Below are positions 12,201-25,000 of a stretch of DNA of 64,000 nt, piece after piece (positions within the stretch are counted from its first letter, which is position 1; each line of letters starts with the position of its first letter). The notes below the pieces were generated by a model, which was not told where the DNA came from, searched no databases, and worked only from the letters and a program-made list of their open reading frames with translations. The position numbers and the translations under genes are program-made. This DNA is from Chrysomallon squamiferum (taxonomy: Eukaryota > Animalia > Mollusca), in NCBI GenBank assembly GCA_012295275.1, contig CM022679.1, positions 26,908,001 through 26,972,000 on the forward strand, read 5' to 3'.

Positions 12201-13154
12201 ATGGATAAAAAAAGAAATATTTCTTTGTTAATACAACCATAGCTTATAAAGGGTGTGGCATATTTTGAATGTATCAAAACCATCCATCTGTGACTGGTAT
12301 TAATTTATTACAATTGAGTATGATGAAGCAGAGGGGAGTTTTATCGCTGATCATTTTATGAGTAATTTGTTTTGAGCTGTCTGTAAACAACCACCAGTAC
12401 ACATCAATGTCAGCAACTTCACTGAACTTTTTTCTCTTAACATTTCAGTGCCATTGTTTTGCAAGAATGAAAAGATTAACTGAAATATGTGAAATATAAA
12501 TTATTTGTTATTGAAACATGACTGAATTTTACTCGTAACATTATGTGTGTATTTGTGTGGCGGAGTAGGGGAGTGGGTGTGTACATACTTGCAATTCATA
12601 TGCATCAAGTACTTCAACATTAAAAAATAACCTGTTACTTCAGTCATTATTAATATTAATTTGTCACATAGTACGTAGTCAATTTTTATTTGAAGAAAAC
12701 CCCAAAATTATAAACAATGTTTCTATTTACTATATTTTATGATTACCCATCCGGATTCCAAAATATCTGACACTGATTTCTTGCATTTTGCAATTGTGAA
12801 ACAAAAAAATTTAGATGTTTCCACTTCAAAAGTCAGAAAGAATAGAACACACTTTTTTTTTTTTTTATCTCCCAAAGCTCATGATATGCTGTGATAAGAT
12901 TATTAGCACCACTTATTTACCTTGTGTACACTGTTTGGATCCTGCTGCCATGCTGAATACATGTCCTCCAGGTAGGTTGACGAGCTGCCGCTAAGAAAAG
13001 GTTCTGCCGCTGCCTGTGTGGCATATTTTCTAGAAAACTTTGAGACGTTTCCATGTCCATCACTCCAGGTCGAGCATGTGCGACAGAACACAGTGCGGCT
13101 GATGTTCACCAAATGTCTCTCTGACAGAGAGACAATAGTCTTTAGGCGATACAT
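580..13154 (-). CDS. OGDH: 2-oxoglutarate dehydrogenase E1, mitochondrial; 5' part of a spliced gene that continues past the left edge
   Basis: Exons 13154-12921, 10134-9940, [9492-9390 or 7838-7736], 3892-3792, 3340-3186, 2712-2566, 2336-2066, 1543-1415 and 759-580 all have GT-AG ends and consistent phases. They encode [70 protein letters not shown]...NNQ (ThDP-binding motif) and IGFTTDPR. Confidence 0.97.
1185..1426. repeat. 40-nt tandem repeat spanning the exon 8 donor
   Basis: GTTAACAAGATGGATCAGACTGGATGTAACTAACCTGATT x5 (1221-1420) plus one degenerate copy. Confidence 0.92.
1415..1543 (-). CDS. OGDH: OGDH coding exon 8 (ThDP-binding motif)
   Basis: [43 protein letters not shown], 129 nt. 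Confidence 0.95.
2066..2336 (-). CDS. OGDH: OGDH coding exon 7
   Basis: [12 protein letters not shown]...[10 protein letters not shown]...[15 protein letters not shown]...DGKK, 271 nt. Confidence 0.95.
2566..2712 (-). CDS. OGDH: OGDH coding exon 6
   Basis: [28 protein letters not shown]...GMPHR, 147 nt. Confidence 0.94.
3186..3340 (-). CDS. OGDH: OGDH coding exon 5
   Basis: [15 protein letters not shown]...LARLVRSTR, 155 nt. Confidence 0.93.
3792..3892 (-). CDS. OGDH: OGDH coding exon 4
   Basis: ttgcag|(E)[18 protein letters not shown]...LREIIKRLE|gtttgc, 101 nt. Confidence 0.93.
4760..4768 (-). CDS. OGDH: Candidate 9-nt OGDH microexon
   Basis: ttttaaatttaatcttgtag|AGATATCAG|gttagt, phase 1 to 1, frame-preserving, adds E-I-S. 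Confidence 0.35.
5020..6020. repeat. Degenerate intronic tandem repeat
   Basis: Recurring TGTATAATGTAATATTAATCAGTC and TACTGATATGTCACT words. Confidence 0.6.
6131..6202. repeat. (TG)n/(GA)n microsatellite
   Basis: Direct observation. Confidence 0.9.
7195..7752. repeat. Tandem repeat spanning the exon 3b donor
   Basis: AAAATCAAGTCACTTTATCCTTACCAAATCTATAGTGACT recurs near 7262, 7335, 7403, 7497 and 7712. Confidence 0.85.
7736..7838 (-). CDS. OGDH: OGDH alternative exon 3b (paralogue of 3a, lacks DADLD)
   Basis: ttcattag|[34 protein letters not shown]+G|gtaagg, 103 nt, same phases as 3a. This reading frame is not shown in the ORF track. Confidence 0.88.
8170..8460. repeat. Degenerate ~30-nt tandem repeat
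   Basis: GTCAGAAT-AGCAATATGAACAGTTCACT-like units. Confidence 0.6.
9390..9492 (-). CDS. OGDH: OGDH alternative exon 3a (contains the DADLD Ca2+ site)
   Basis: ttgccag|[34 protein letters not shown]+G|gtatgt, 103 nt, phase 0 to 1. Confidence 0.93.
9940..10134 (-). CDS. OGDH: OGDH coding exon 2
   Basis: tttcag|SWDSFFRQ...[14 protein letters not shown]|gtgtgg, 195 nt. Confidence 0.93.
10165..10775. repeat. Tandem duplication of ~305 nt in OGDH intron 1
   Basis: TGATCAAAA..TTAATTTTTAGTAATAcACATGTTTATGTCAAAA at ~10169 and ~10473; TTGGTTCATTTGATA at ~10319 and ~10616. Confidence 0.8.
12921..13154 (-). CDS. OGDH: OGDH coding exon 1 (mitochondrial transit peptide plus EPFLSGSS motif)
   Basis: MYRLKT...QDPNSVHK, 234 nt, donor AAG|gtaaat. 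Confidence 0.93.
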
Positions 13155-13699
13155 GTTTTGTGAAACCTACTCAGAGGTTAGTCCTTGCAATGTGAAAATG
13201 TCTTTTATTGTGGCAAAGGCAGGGAATAGGCATAGAAGCTAGTCTGTAAATAATGGCGATGCTTTTTTTATTTTAGTTGAAGTAATTTCAGTCGCATCTG
13301 ATACTGGCTTTGGGAATATAAAAACTTTAGAAACCGAACGTCCTTCAAATCCAAAGCAAGAAATTTGTCGTAAGTAACAAGTTTGATATTGTTGTTTCCT
13401 TCCTCGTTATTCTTTTCTTTATTCTTTTATGTTCATAGCAACTTGATAAATTATATATAAATAGTTATAAACGGATGACAACTCAAATAAAGAAAAACTC
13501 TTGATTTTCAACTTTTGCCGACTTTGGGAATACCCGGGAAAAATGGCGACCTTGAAAGTGACACAGATGTTCTTCAACTTTTTGCCTGAAAGGAATAATG
13601 AAATTATTATTATCATTTAAAACAGAAGTGTAAGATGTTTATGAAAAATAACATGGTTTGTTCTCAGAACGACTGATGAACATCGAATAATATAAAACA

Positions 13700-13895
13700 T
13701 TACCTTTTTGGCCACACTCTATGATAAGGTGATACCTTTACAGCTGTTTGCTTGCCGACCAGCCACGAAATTATTTTATTCTGTTTATTTTGATTGGGTT
13801 GTTCTTGTGGGCACTCCCCTTTTTGAGAGCCAATGAATAAAAGCGACACAATAAACTGGAGGTATTCCCCAATTCAGCTATTTACGTCATTAGTT
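13700..13895 (-). promoter_or_regulatory. Probable OGDH promoter and non-coding first exon region
   Basis: CCAAT boxes (~13793, ~13830), CRE-like TTACGTCA (~13882), candidate donor AAG|gtaatg at ~13703, and an acceptor 12 nt upstream of the ATG (13167-13168). Inference only. Confidence 0.4.
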
Positions 13896-16800
13896 TTAGT
13901 CTCGGTAACATAGACCAAATGCATTCGATATCTAGAGTCAGTATACTCGAGTGTATTACGTTATTTATCTGGGTATACAACGTGTGTGTATGTGTGTGTG
14001 TGTGTATGTGTATAGGTGTGCACTTGGAAGGCCGCATGAGTGTGGTATCTTTTTATTGTTATGTGTACATTTTTGTAAAATGCATTTCAAAAGCTGTGTT
14101 TTTTTAAAATAAATTTTGCTTCCGGTACAATTCTTTCTTGTTCCCTGTCAGTATTACTTTATTAATTTTTGTCGTTGTTGCTATTATTGTTGTTGTTGTT
14201 TAGATTTAGTTATTTATTTATAACGTAGATTATAGCTAGGAAAGTTATGGCACACAGTCATCCTTTAGCATCATTCTTTGTTTCTGTAAAGAGAAAATAT
14301 CATACTACAATTTTTTATTGTACCAGTGAACAATGATGTTTCCGTGTTCACAAACAACAACTATAAATTATAGTAGTAGTAGCAGTAGTAGTAGTAGTAA
14401 TGGTGATGATGATGATATGCAGCTACATTAGGATGTATAACAAGATATATGTAATAAATTATTCTTTCGGTTTTTCTGTCATACGTGTAACCTGAATCTA
14501 TTGGTGTTGACGCATTTCTGAGTGGAATGTGATGTATTAAATGTTATTATGTGGCACGTGTGACGTACACAAATTATTATACAATGATGATGAAGGAAAC
14601 ATGAGAAATATTTATTATTATTATTATTAAGCTATTATGTATGGCAAAACAACAACAAACAAAAAAAAAAAAAAAAAACAGGTATTGTTATAAGTATATT
14701 TGATATTTAGGTTTTCAACAAAATAGGATAGAAAATTCATGGTACAGAATGAGACATTTTCCATTATAAAATATAATCAATATATCCGAAGTATAAAATT
14801 ACAAAACTGAACAATTAATTCATAATGTAACGTTAGCAAAATATTACCAAACCATTGAAAATGGGAAAAATAACGAAAGATTATCAAGTTAAAAAAAAAA
14901 TAATAATAATAATAATAAATTATTATAATAAATAACCAGATGAATAAATCTAAATTATTAGATGTATAGATATAAAGTATTTACAGAATGAAATATTACC
15001 AAAGTATTTAAAGTATAAGCTTAAATGGAACGAAAGTACTTGTATTAGCATCAAATTTAACGAATTTATATTCTTTGTGTAAGCTAAAATTTCCAAAAGT
15101 ATTTGTAGCAGAAGCAAGAGATAACCAAAATATTTACTCTGTAACGAAAGAATGAAAAAAATATAAAAAATTACTAAATCATTCACAAGTCAATATACAA
15201 TAAATTTCGTTTTTTTTTTAAAGTTCTTACATTTAAATTTATGACGAAAGCTTTCACAGCATAATAAAATATATCCAAACCATTTTATAATATTATTATA
15301 AATACGGACGATTTATGGCCAAATGATTCATATCGCTGCAAATACATCGATATAGCAAATGTAACCAAATGAGTTTTTAAACTATTACAAGTACTGTACA
15401 TCGATTCTTTACAGCATTAAAAATGTAACCAAATCTTTATAGTATTATTCAGAAAACATAATTAATAGCATAACAAAATTTAAGCAAATCATTCATAATA
15501 ATTATCATTACAAACACTTCATTACAGCATAAACAAAATTTAACCAAATTATTCTTAAAACTATTACAAGTACCTCGCATATAGCATAAACCTAAGCTAA
15601 CCAAACCATTATAATATTATTTAAAATAAGCAATGTAGCCAAAGCCAAAGTGAATCAGTTTTATGAAGAAAGTTACAAAAAAAGATTTTTTTAAAGAAGA
15701 AAAAGAAGACATTTATACTGGTTACGTTATAAGCATCAGTATTTGGATTATGTGCAATTTGAATTCTTTAAATTATTGCACTGATATCCGTAAAAGTATA
15801 TAGAGTTAAAACTGTAAAAATTAGTTCATACTGGAACGTAATAATTTATTTTGTTACGACAGTCAAGATTCTATAAATATGCATCTGACCGAACTCTAAA
15901 ATTTTAATTACGCGATATATAATGAACAGCAACGTCGAGTGACCTTTTTTTTTGGTAAACGTCACTCTATGCATTTCCATCCGTTCACTTCCCTGGCGTC
16001 GACGCTAGCAAACATTTCGGCATATTACGCATATTTGTCAGCATTTACCGAAGGATTGGCACCAATACGCCTGGATTAACAAACACTGTTTAAGCAGAGT
16101 TTGAAAAAATCTAGCATGTTATTTATAATCGTAATCAAAATTTAACTTACTTTGTTTCTGAACTGTTTGAGGCAAGCAAAAATGTGACAGTTTTATGCAA
16201 AGTGAATAATTTATTTGGATCGATCTGGGTTAGCATCGTTCGAGAATAATTAAAAGGGAACATACATGTTTGTGTGCGCGCATATGTGTGTTTGCGTGTA
16301 TGCGCGCGAGTGAATGTATCTGTTTGCGTGTATGCGCCTTTAAGTCATCAGTTTGTAAGATCTGATGAATGGTTATGGATGAATATCGATACAAATATGA
16401 GTATCGCGACAGCCAGTATTAGATCTGTGTAGTGTTTATTCGCTTTAGACTAAATGTTTAAAATGTACCGTTAGAGATTAGAAGAAATAGCATAAATATA
16501 TTACATGTGGTGATTATATTTTAGTTTTAATATCTTTATTTATTTATATTATTATTGTTATTTAATTTTTTTAAATTATTTTTTCACGTATTTATTTATT
16601 TGTTGCTGTTGTAATTATTATTAGTAGCAGTAGTAGTAATAGTAGAGGTAATATCAAAGTTAGTATTTGTATATTATTAGTGTTTATTTACTTATTTTTA
16701 AGAACATTTATTACGAAAACTTTTTAAGTTTCTGTGTATGCAAAAAGCGAATATTAGGTTTCTTTAACTCGATACAAAATTGTAATAGCTGTTACAATAT

Positions 16801-17512
16801 ATTAGTCATTATGTGTCAGTATCTATGAGAAAACACCTTAGAATATACAGGTATATGATTTAAGGGTACTTGCTGGAGCAGACGACATAAGTCCAAAAAT
16901 TGGTCAATCATCAAGCGAGAATTCTACCATCGGAGTACCGTCTGTTTTTCGAGTGGGTGCGAGATCTGTATGGTATGATGTGTACGTACGTAGGTGTGTA
17001 TCTGAGTATTTTAATATGCGTCCGTATGTCTGTATTTTTATGTACATTGTGTGCGTGTATGTGAATAAACTTGACGTTCTTTGCAAATAGAAGTGAAGAG
17101 TCAGTTATATAGGGGAATATTTAGACCGACAGTTAAAGATATTACAGAAGAACAACAAAAAACAAAACAAAAGCCCCCTAAAAAACCAACAACAAAACAA
17201 AACAAAACAAAACACAAAAACATTCACAAACAAACGAGACTCTAAAAGAGAACATGTAGTAATAGGTAGCTAACGTCATTAAAAGCTTGTAAACATTTGA
17301 GGTTTATTCATCCCGCTGCACGTGTTTATCCAAACAAACCGTTTCTCCAGTTGCCCCCTTTCCCACACCTACCCTTACCACCAGCATTAGTGGAATTTGC
17401 CGAGCGTTCCGTTTAAACACTGGTGCGGAAAATAATAGAGCCGGGGTGTCGTTTGTTTTCGCAGAAGCTTTAAAATGAATCACATGTCGTTTGTAATTCA
17501 CAATTAACCAAC

Positions 17513-18173
17513 ATGGTTTCGACGACTCTCTGTTTTCTGCTGGTGACTTTAATTCTGTCGCCAGGACTGGCGAGTAAGCTGGGTTTTGAACTAGACGACA
17601 TTGCGCTAGAAGACGGCGGTTTCAAAGGAAGAGTCCTACCAAGGTCTAACGCCAGAAATCAACGATCTGTTTGGCTTTTCCAGGACGAGTACATCAAGTT
17701 AACCTTCTGTCTACCGCGACGGATGCAGGTTGCCGTGGAAGACATCATTATTTCGAACGACGGCGGCATGGATCGTGTTCTCCTGAAGTGGGATATTCGT
17801 AACGCCATCGGTAATTTCAACTCCACCGTCGACAGCAACTGGGGCTTCAGCTGGAATAATTTCTACAGCACTGGTCAAATTGGTGCGCCTCGCTCACTAC
17901 CAGCCGGCCAGCAGACGGTCACTGTTAAAGTAGTCACATCCGACTGCTACGGCGTTGAGCTCGATCAGATCGTTCTTGCATTCAGCGAACACGTCACTAA
18001 AGAAGATCTGAAGTGTCCAAAGGATAGATCTAATGTCGGATCCATTGGTTCTCTTTATGGACTCCCAACAAAAGATGTTGTTGATTTGTGCTTAAGTGGA
18101 AAGCTGAAAGATCCCGTCGAAAGACAAAGGGTTTTAACAACACCACAAACTACAAATGTTACTCCATATCCAG
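17513..18173 (+). CDS. Secreted mucin-like protein, exon 1: signal peptide plus globular, possibly carbohydrate-binding, N-terminal domain
   Basis: Hydrophobic N-terminus MVSTTLCFLLVTLILSPGLA; domain with SNDGG...WGFSWNNF...LPAGQQTVTVKV..DCYGVELD; donor CCAG|gtgagg, phase 1. Confidence 0.82.
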
Positions 18174-19045
18174 GTGAGGGCAAGTTTCCTATAGTAAAAA
18201 TTTTACCGTCTAGAAAGGTTTTTTTCTGGCACAGATATTTTTTTTTTTTTTTTTTTTTTTTCTTTAAATGTAGTTTAAATATAATTTATCAGAATAATTA
18301 TAAAATTACTGAAATAAAATTCTGTAGATAGTGCAATCTCATTAAATAGGTTCTGACCCTAAAATTATGTACAGTGGATTCCACGACAAAACGCTTCAGA
18401 TACATCTATATAGATTCTACGACATAAATTTATATTTCCTGTGAAGGCAATGATAAGAATGCACACGAGAATTGTTTATTAAAATTTAATGAATAATAAG
18501 ATGATTTCTAAAACTTCTAAATTATTTAAATATCGTTTTGAAATATCATTTTGAAATAAATGAAACAGATTATTTAGGACTGCAAAATACACGTGAGAAG
18601 ACAGGCTAACTATAAGAGGTTCTTTATAAATACAATACTGTCTGTTATTGGCAGGTGTGTATATATCATATATACTCACACGCACATACATACATACATA
18701 TAAAGATACATACATACATACATATATTATACACATACACACACATATATATCATGATTTGTACGATACACGTGGTTGAAATGTATATCTCATACAATAA
18801 AAGTGAAGATCCTGCTATCCTCTTTATTTAATAGTTAAGTGGACAGAAAACAATTTAGATATATCAATTTAATGTATTATATGCCACTGTAGAGCAGTAA
18901 TATATTTTTACTTATTATTTATCTGTTGATTTATTTATTTGTTACATTATGCTGGCATTCTAAAGCCGATCTTTTCTGTTCTGCTTATGTCATTAAATAC
19001 CTTTCACTAATGTATCGTCATCACGTCATTGTGAATGTTTTGTAG

Positions 19046-22000
19046 GAGGGACAACTTGCATTAACGTCATAGAAACGTCTACCACACCAGCAACTGTCGA
19101 ATCAGGAGAGACCACTACCCCAGTTGTTTCAAGTAAAACACACAGCACAGCAGAAATAACGACTGAAGCAGCCACCAAATCAGCTCCTGGTGCAAGAATC
19201 CTTCCAAAGTCTAGTCCCAGCAGCAACATCAACAAACAAACAGCAGTAAGTACTGACAAAACATCTACTTATGCTGAACAAACTACGTCTGCTACATTAC
19301 AGTCAAGCCCGTCTACGGAAACGACTAACGTTACAACGGAAATATCAGATACATCATCCACAGTTACCCAAGAGTCCGTGCAGTATCCGGAATCATCGAC
19401 TGGTACGGAGTTTACTGAGGCTGCAACGGCTACAGGGACAGCAGCATCTACAACAGAATTAGATAAGTATTCGGAGAAAACAACAGAATCAGTTACCCGT
19501 ACAGACGAAACCACTGCCAGTGTAGAAACAAACAGATCTTTTGAGATAACAGCCACGACATCAGGTTCAGGTGGATACACAGAGAAAACTGATGTAACAT
19601 CGGAACAGGATAGATCTACTGTGACAACAGCAACAAAATTACACAAACCCTCGGAGACGACGTCAGCCGCTGTAGAATCGAGTGGATCTACTCAAGCAAC
19701 GACAGCGACTCCAGAATCAGACAGGTATACAAAGAAAACAGCAGTAACAACAAAATTAGAGAAATCTACAGAAGCTATGACAGAAGCTATGGCAGATACT
19801 ACGGAATCAAAAGGATCTACGTTAGCAACAGCAGCGACATCAGAATCAAACTGGTTCACAGAGAAATTAGCAGAATCAGACACATCTACTGAGACAAAAG
19901 CAGCGCAAAAAGAATCAAACAAATCTACAGACTCGTCGATATCCGTTACCCCAGAAACACGAGACATTGCTTGTAACAACAAGCAAAAGTGTGAAACTGG
20001 CAAAACGGAAAATGTTCAGCCATTGAAAACATCTACAACTGAGCAAAAACTCGATTCATCAACTGCAGGTTTAGAATATCAGACCTCTACTGAAGCTGTA
20101 AATGTTACTTCCACATTTGATGAATCCTCAACAACAAGAACATCTTCCTTACAGTTTGGAAAGTCCAAATCAACTATCTCGGAACGTGACTCCTCTGAAA
20201 AACCAACATCAGTTTCGCAGACGGAGTTTCCAGTATCACAAGAATCCACAACAGAAACTTCAGAGCCTGAAGAGTCAACAGCAAAGACAGGTTCTGAAAA
20301 ATACGCTAAATCTACAGAATCAACATCTACATCTCAGAATATTCCAAAAGGATGTACAAATAAAATGAATTGTCCTGAACAAGCAAGTACTGAAACGAAT
20401 CATGGTACATGGAAAATGTCTACTGATGTCCAGGCAACAAAATCAACAGAATCAATGTCAGAGAAATCAACAAAACAAACTTCAGGTTCATCAGAATATG
20501 AAAAATCTTCTAATACTTTGGAATATAAACAGTCAACGAAAGCTACTTCAGAATTTAACAAATCAGCAAGTACTTCAGAATACGACAACTCAGCGAAATC
20601 AACGAAATTTACTTCGGAATATGACAAGTCAACGAAATTTACTCCAGATTATAACAAATCAACGAAATCAACTTCAGAATATGATAAATCAACGAAATTT
20701 ACTTCAGAATATGAGAAATCAACAAAGACAGCTTCAGAATATGACAAATCAACGAAGTCAGCTTCAGAATATGATAAATCAACAAAAGCAACTTCAGCAT
20801 ATGACAAATCAACAAAAATAACTTCAGAATATGAAAAATCAACAAAAGCAACTTCAGAATATGACAAATCAACAAAAGTAACTTCAGAATATGATAAATC
20901 AACAAAAGTAACTTCAGAATATGACACATCAACAAAAGCAATTTCAGAATATGACAAATCAACAAAAGCAACTTCAGAATATGACAAATCAACAAAAGTA
21001 ACTTCAGAATATGACAAATCAACAAAAGTAACTTCAGAATATGACACATCAACAAAAGCAATTTCTGAATATGATAAATCAACAAAAGCAACTTCAGAAT
21101 ATGACAAATTAACAAAAGTATCTTCAGACTATGACACATCAACAAAGTCAGCTTCAGAATATGACAAATCAACAAAAGTAACTTCAGAATATGATAAATC
21201 AACAAAAGCAACTTCAGACTATGACAAATCAACAAAGTCAGCTTCAGAATATGACAAATCAACAAAGTCAGCTTCAGAATATGACAAATCAACAAAAGCA
21301 TCTTCAGAATATGACACATCAACAAAGTCAGCTTCAGAATATGACACATCAACAAAAGTAACTTCAGAATATGACAAATCAACAAAAGTAACTTCAGAAT
21401 ATGATAAATCAACAAAAGTAACTTCAGAATATGACACATCAACAAAAGCAATTTCAGAATATGACAAATCAACAAAAGCAACTTCAGAATATGATAAATC
21501 AACAAAAGCAACTTCAGAATATGACAAATCAACAAAAGCAACTTCAGAATATGACAAATCAACAAAGTCAGCTTTAGAATATGACAAATCAACAAAAGCA
21601 ACTTCAGAATATGACATATCAAGTTCTACATTAGCTTCTAACAAAGGAAAGAAAACCACATCATCTCCTTCTAAATCGGAACAGTCAACAGAAATGACAG
21701 TGACTTCAAATCAATCAGGATCCACATCTTCTGAATCTGAATCAACAAAAGTAACCTCCGAAACATCGGTGAGCATTTGCGATAATGAAAAAAAATGTTC
21801 AAAACAGACTACAAAAATAATAGAAAGAGAAGACAGATCAACAAAACCTAACCCACAAGAAAGACATTTGAAAAGTTCTACGAGAAGTAGGGAATATACA
21901 GTTGCAGCCTCACAGACCGATATATCAACGGAAAGTACACCGTCTCTCAATTCGCAAACACCAGTAATCGATTGTGAGAACGAAATAAATTGTCCGGTAA

Positions 22001-25000
22001 AAACGGATGTCAGTGAAATATCAACAAGCGCTACTTCGATTTCAGACAAATCAACAAGTTCTACATCAGTATTTGTCACAACGACAAGTAATACTTCAGT
22101 GTCAGGTAAATCAACAGGTGCTACTTCGGCGGTGTCAGAAAAATCAACAATCAATACCTCAGTATCAGATAAATCTACAAACGTTACTCCAGTGTCTGAT
22201 GTATCATCTAGAGATACTTCAGTGTTAGAAACATCAACGCAGTCAGTAAGTGCTACTTCAGTATTTGATGAATCAATGAATGCATCTTTAGCTTCTGACA
22301 AAACACGATCAACAAGTGCTACTCCGAAACAGGACAGATCAACAAGTGCTACTTCAGAACTGAACGAATCAGCAAGTGCTACGTCAATAACTGACAAATC
22401 AACACAGTCAGTAAGTGCTGAGAAATCAACAATTGCTGCTTCAGTTTCAACACAACCAACAAGTATTGTTTCCAACAATGAGAAAACAGAAGGCTCCACC
22501 AACGCTAATACACAAACTGATAAATCACTTGTTTCTGACAGTACCTCTCAGTCTTCATCTGTGTCTGAGAAATCAACATCTGAATCGTATTTTAACAAAT
22601 CAACTCTTACAATTGAAGAATCTAAGCAGTCGTCTCAGTCAGCAACAGCCACTTCGCTGTCTCCAGAAATGACAAGTTCCCCTAAATACACACTAGGAAT
22701 GGACTGTAATGACGATAAAAGAAACTGTCAACACACAAAGTCAACAGATGTCACAAGTAGTCCAAGTAGTCCAGAATATGAAACATCAACGAAAGCTACT
22801 CCAGAATATGAGCAATTAACAAAAGTTACAAAATACAAACCAGCAATGGACTGTAAGGATAAAGGAGACTGTTTAGAAACAAAATCAACAGATGTCACAG
22901 TTACTTCAGAATATAATAAATCAATGAAAACTACTTCAGAATATGACAAATCAATGAAAACAACACTTACTCCAGAATACGAAAAGTCGGCGGAAACTAC
23001 TTCAGAATATGAGAAATCAACAAACATTATTCTACAATATGACAAATCAACAAAAATTACTGCAGAATATGACAAATCAACGAAAACTATTTCAGAATAT
23101 GACAAATCAATGAAAACAACATTTACTCCAGAATACGAAAAGTCGGCGGAAACAACTTCAGAATATGACAAATCAACGAAAACAACATTTACTCCAGAAT
23201 ATGAAAAGTCTGCGGAAACAACTTCAGAATATAACAAATCAACGAAAGCTACTTCAGAAAATGATAAATCAATGCAAACAACATTTACTTCAGAATATGA
23301 TACATCAACAAAAACTACGTCAGAATATGACATGTCAACGAAAGCTACTTCAGAATATGACAAATCAGCGAAAACGAAATATACTCCAGAATATGACAAA
23401 TCAACGAAAGCTACTCGAGAATATGACAAATCAACAAAGTCTATGTTAACTTCAGAATATGACATATCAACAAAAGCTACCTTAGAATATGACAAAACAA
23501 CGAAATATACTCCAGAATATGACAAATCAACGAAGGCTACTCGGGAATATGACAAATCAACAAAGTCTATGTTAACTTCAGAATATGACATATCAACAAA
23601 AGCTCCCTTAGAATATGACAAAACAACAAAATCTACTTCAAAGTATGACAACTCAATGAAGCCAACAGCATCACCAGAATACGACAAATCAACATCTACG
23701 TTAGAGCATAATAAATCAAAAAGACCAACTTCGAAAACACAAGAAAGTACTACGGTTGGATCTGTTATATCTTCTGAATCATCTATGGGTACTTCAAAAT
23801 CAGAAAATATTTTTAGAGAAACAACTGATTACCCCTGTTATGACATTATAAAATGTTTAACGCGTAGCTCAAAACCGAAAAATGAATCATTCACCAAACC
23901 TAATCCTGACAGCAGACTATTAAAAACTTCAACGATTCATTCCCTTTCTACATCATCAACTATTTCAGAATACAAAAGGACGACGCAATCAGAAACTGGT
24001 AACTTTACAGAACCAAGGTCTTTTGAAACAGAGAGTTCTACAGAAATAACCCCAACTGCTGAAAGCAGTATCGAAACATCTGAAGCAATTACAGATGTAA
24101 CATGGCAAGACAAACATACAAAAGTAACAGCAACGTCATCTACAGTAAGTTCAAAGACAAATATGCCACCAAAGGATTGCCAGGGGAACACAAAATGTCA
24201 AGAACAGAGTACGATGTCAGAAGGAGAAAAATTGTCTACGAAATCTGATTTAAACATCAGGCGACTAGAAACGACACTAACTTATCCCATTTCAGAGAAA
24301 TATGCAGAATTTACGTCTAGTCCGGAAACCCAGGGGTATAAGAGTTCTACATCACCAACTTCGGAAACAAGTAAATCAGATAAAGCAACAATGTCCACTT
24401 TAGAATCGAAAGAAACGACTACAGTGACAAAGCCCGATGTTTACCAGTCAACGACGAAGGAAAGAAGAGGCACGTCTCTCAGAATACTAGTAGATTCTTC
24501 CACTGATGCAAACGTGGATTATTTTACATCAGAAGAACATGTTTCTGCAAGTACGACGCCGACTACAAGCGTTAAGCCGTGGGATTTCAATAAAATGAAC
24601 GAGTCCTTTACACTTCAGTGCTTTTCCAATTCTCTCATCACCTTAGTGAGAAAGGATCATCTGCGATGTTCCAATGGAAGAATTCGTTTTGATATCTACA
24701 CATCCACCGTAACCGAACTCTTTCTTTCTGTACCTTTTGATAAGATGCAATCTAACCGCCAGCTTTCTCGGCAGAAGAGAAGAACGCCCACTGACTACAC
24801 AATTTTCGAATTTGGCCAGCGAAATAATGACTGCTTTGATGGAATGGCTATGGAACTACAGCCTAGTGAAAGCCTGTTATTCCTCAATAACACTCAAGTG
24901 AATACTATGTTTCCTCTTACTGTAGATCCTAAACTTACCCCTTCCCTCACTTTACAATTCACATTTAATTCTACGATGCAGCGGTTCTGGGGTAAGATAT

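Noticed and set aside
18174-18331. C-terminal poly-Phe extension of the 272-aa ORF
   Set aside because: Read-through into the intron past the GTGAGG donor and across a poly-T run.
20545-21618. CRISPR-like regular repeat
   Set aside because: Head-to-tail 30-nt units with no unique spacers, in frame within a eukaryotic exon, and no cas genes.
19026-24191. Antisense and alternate-frame ORFs (LLLLICHILK and SYSEVAFVDL repeats)
   Set aside because: Shadows of the 30-nt coding repeat in the mucin-like gene.
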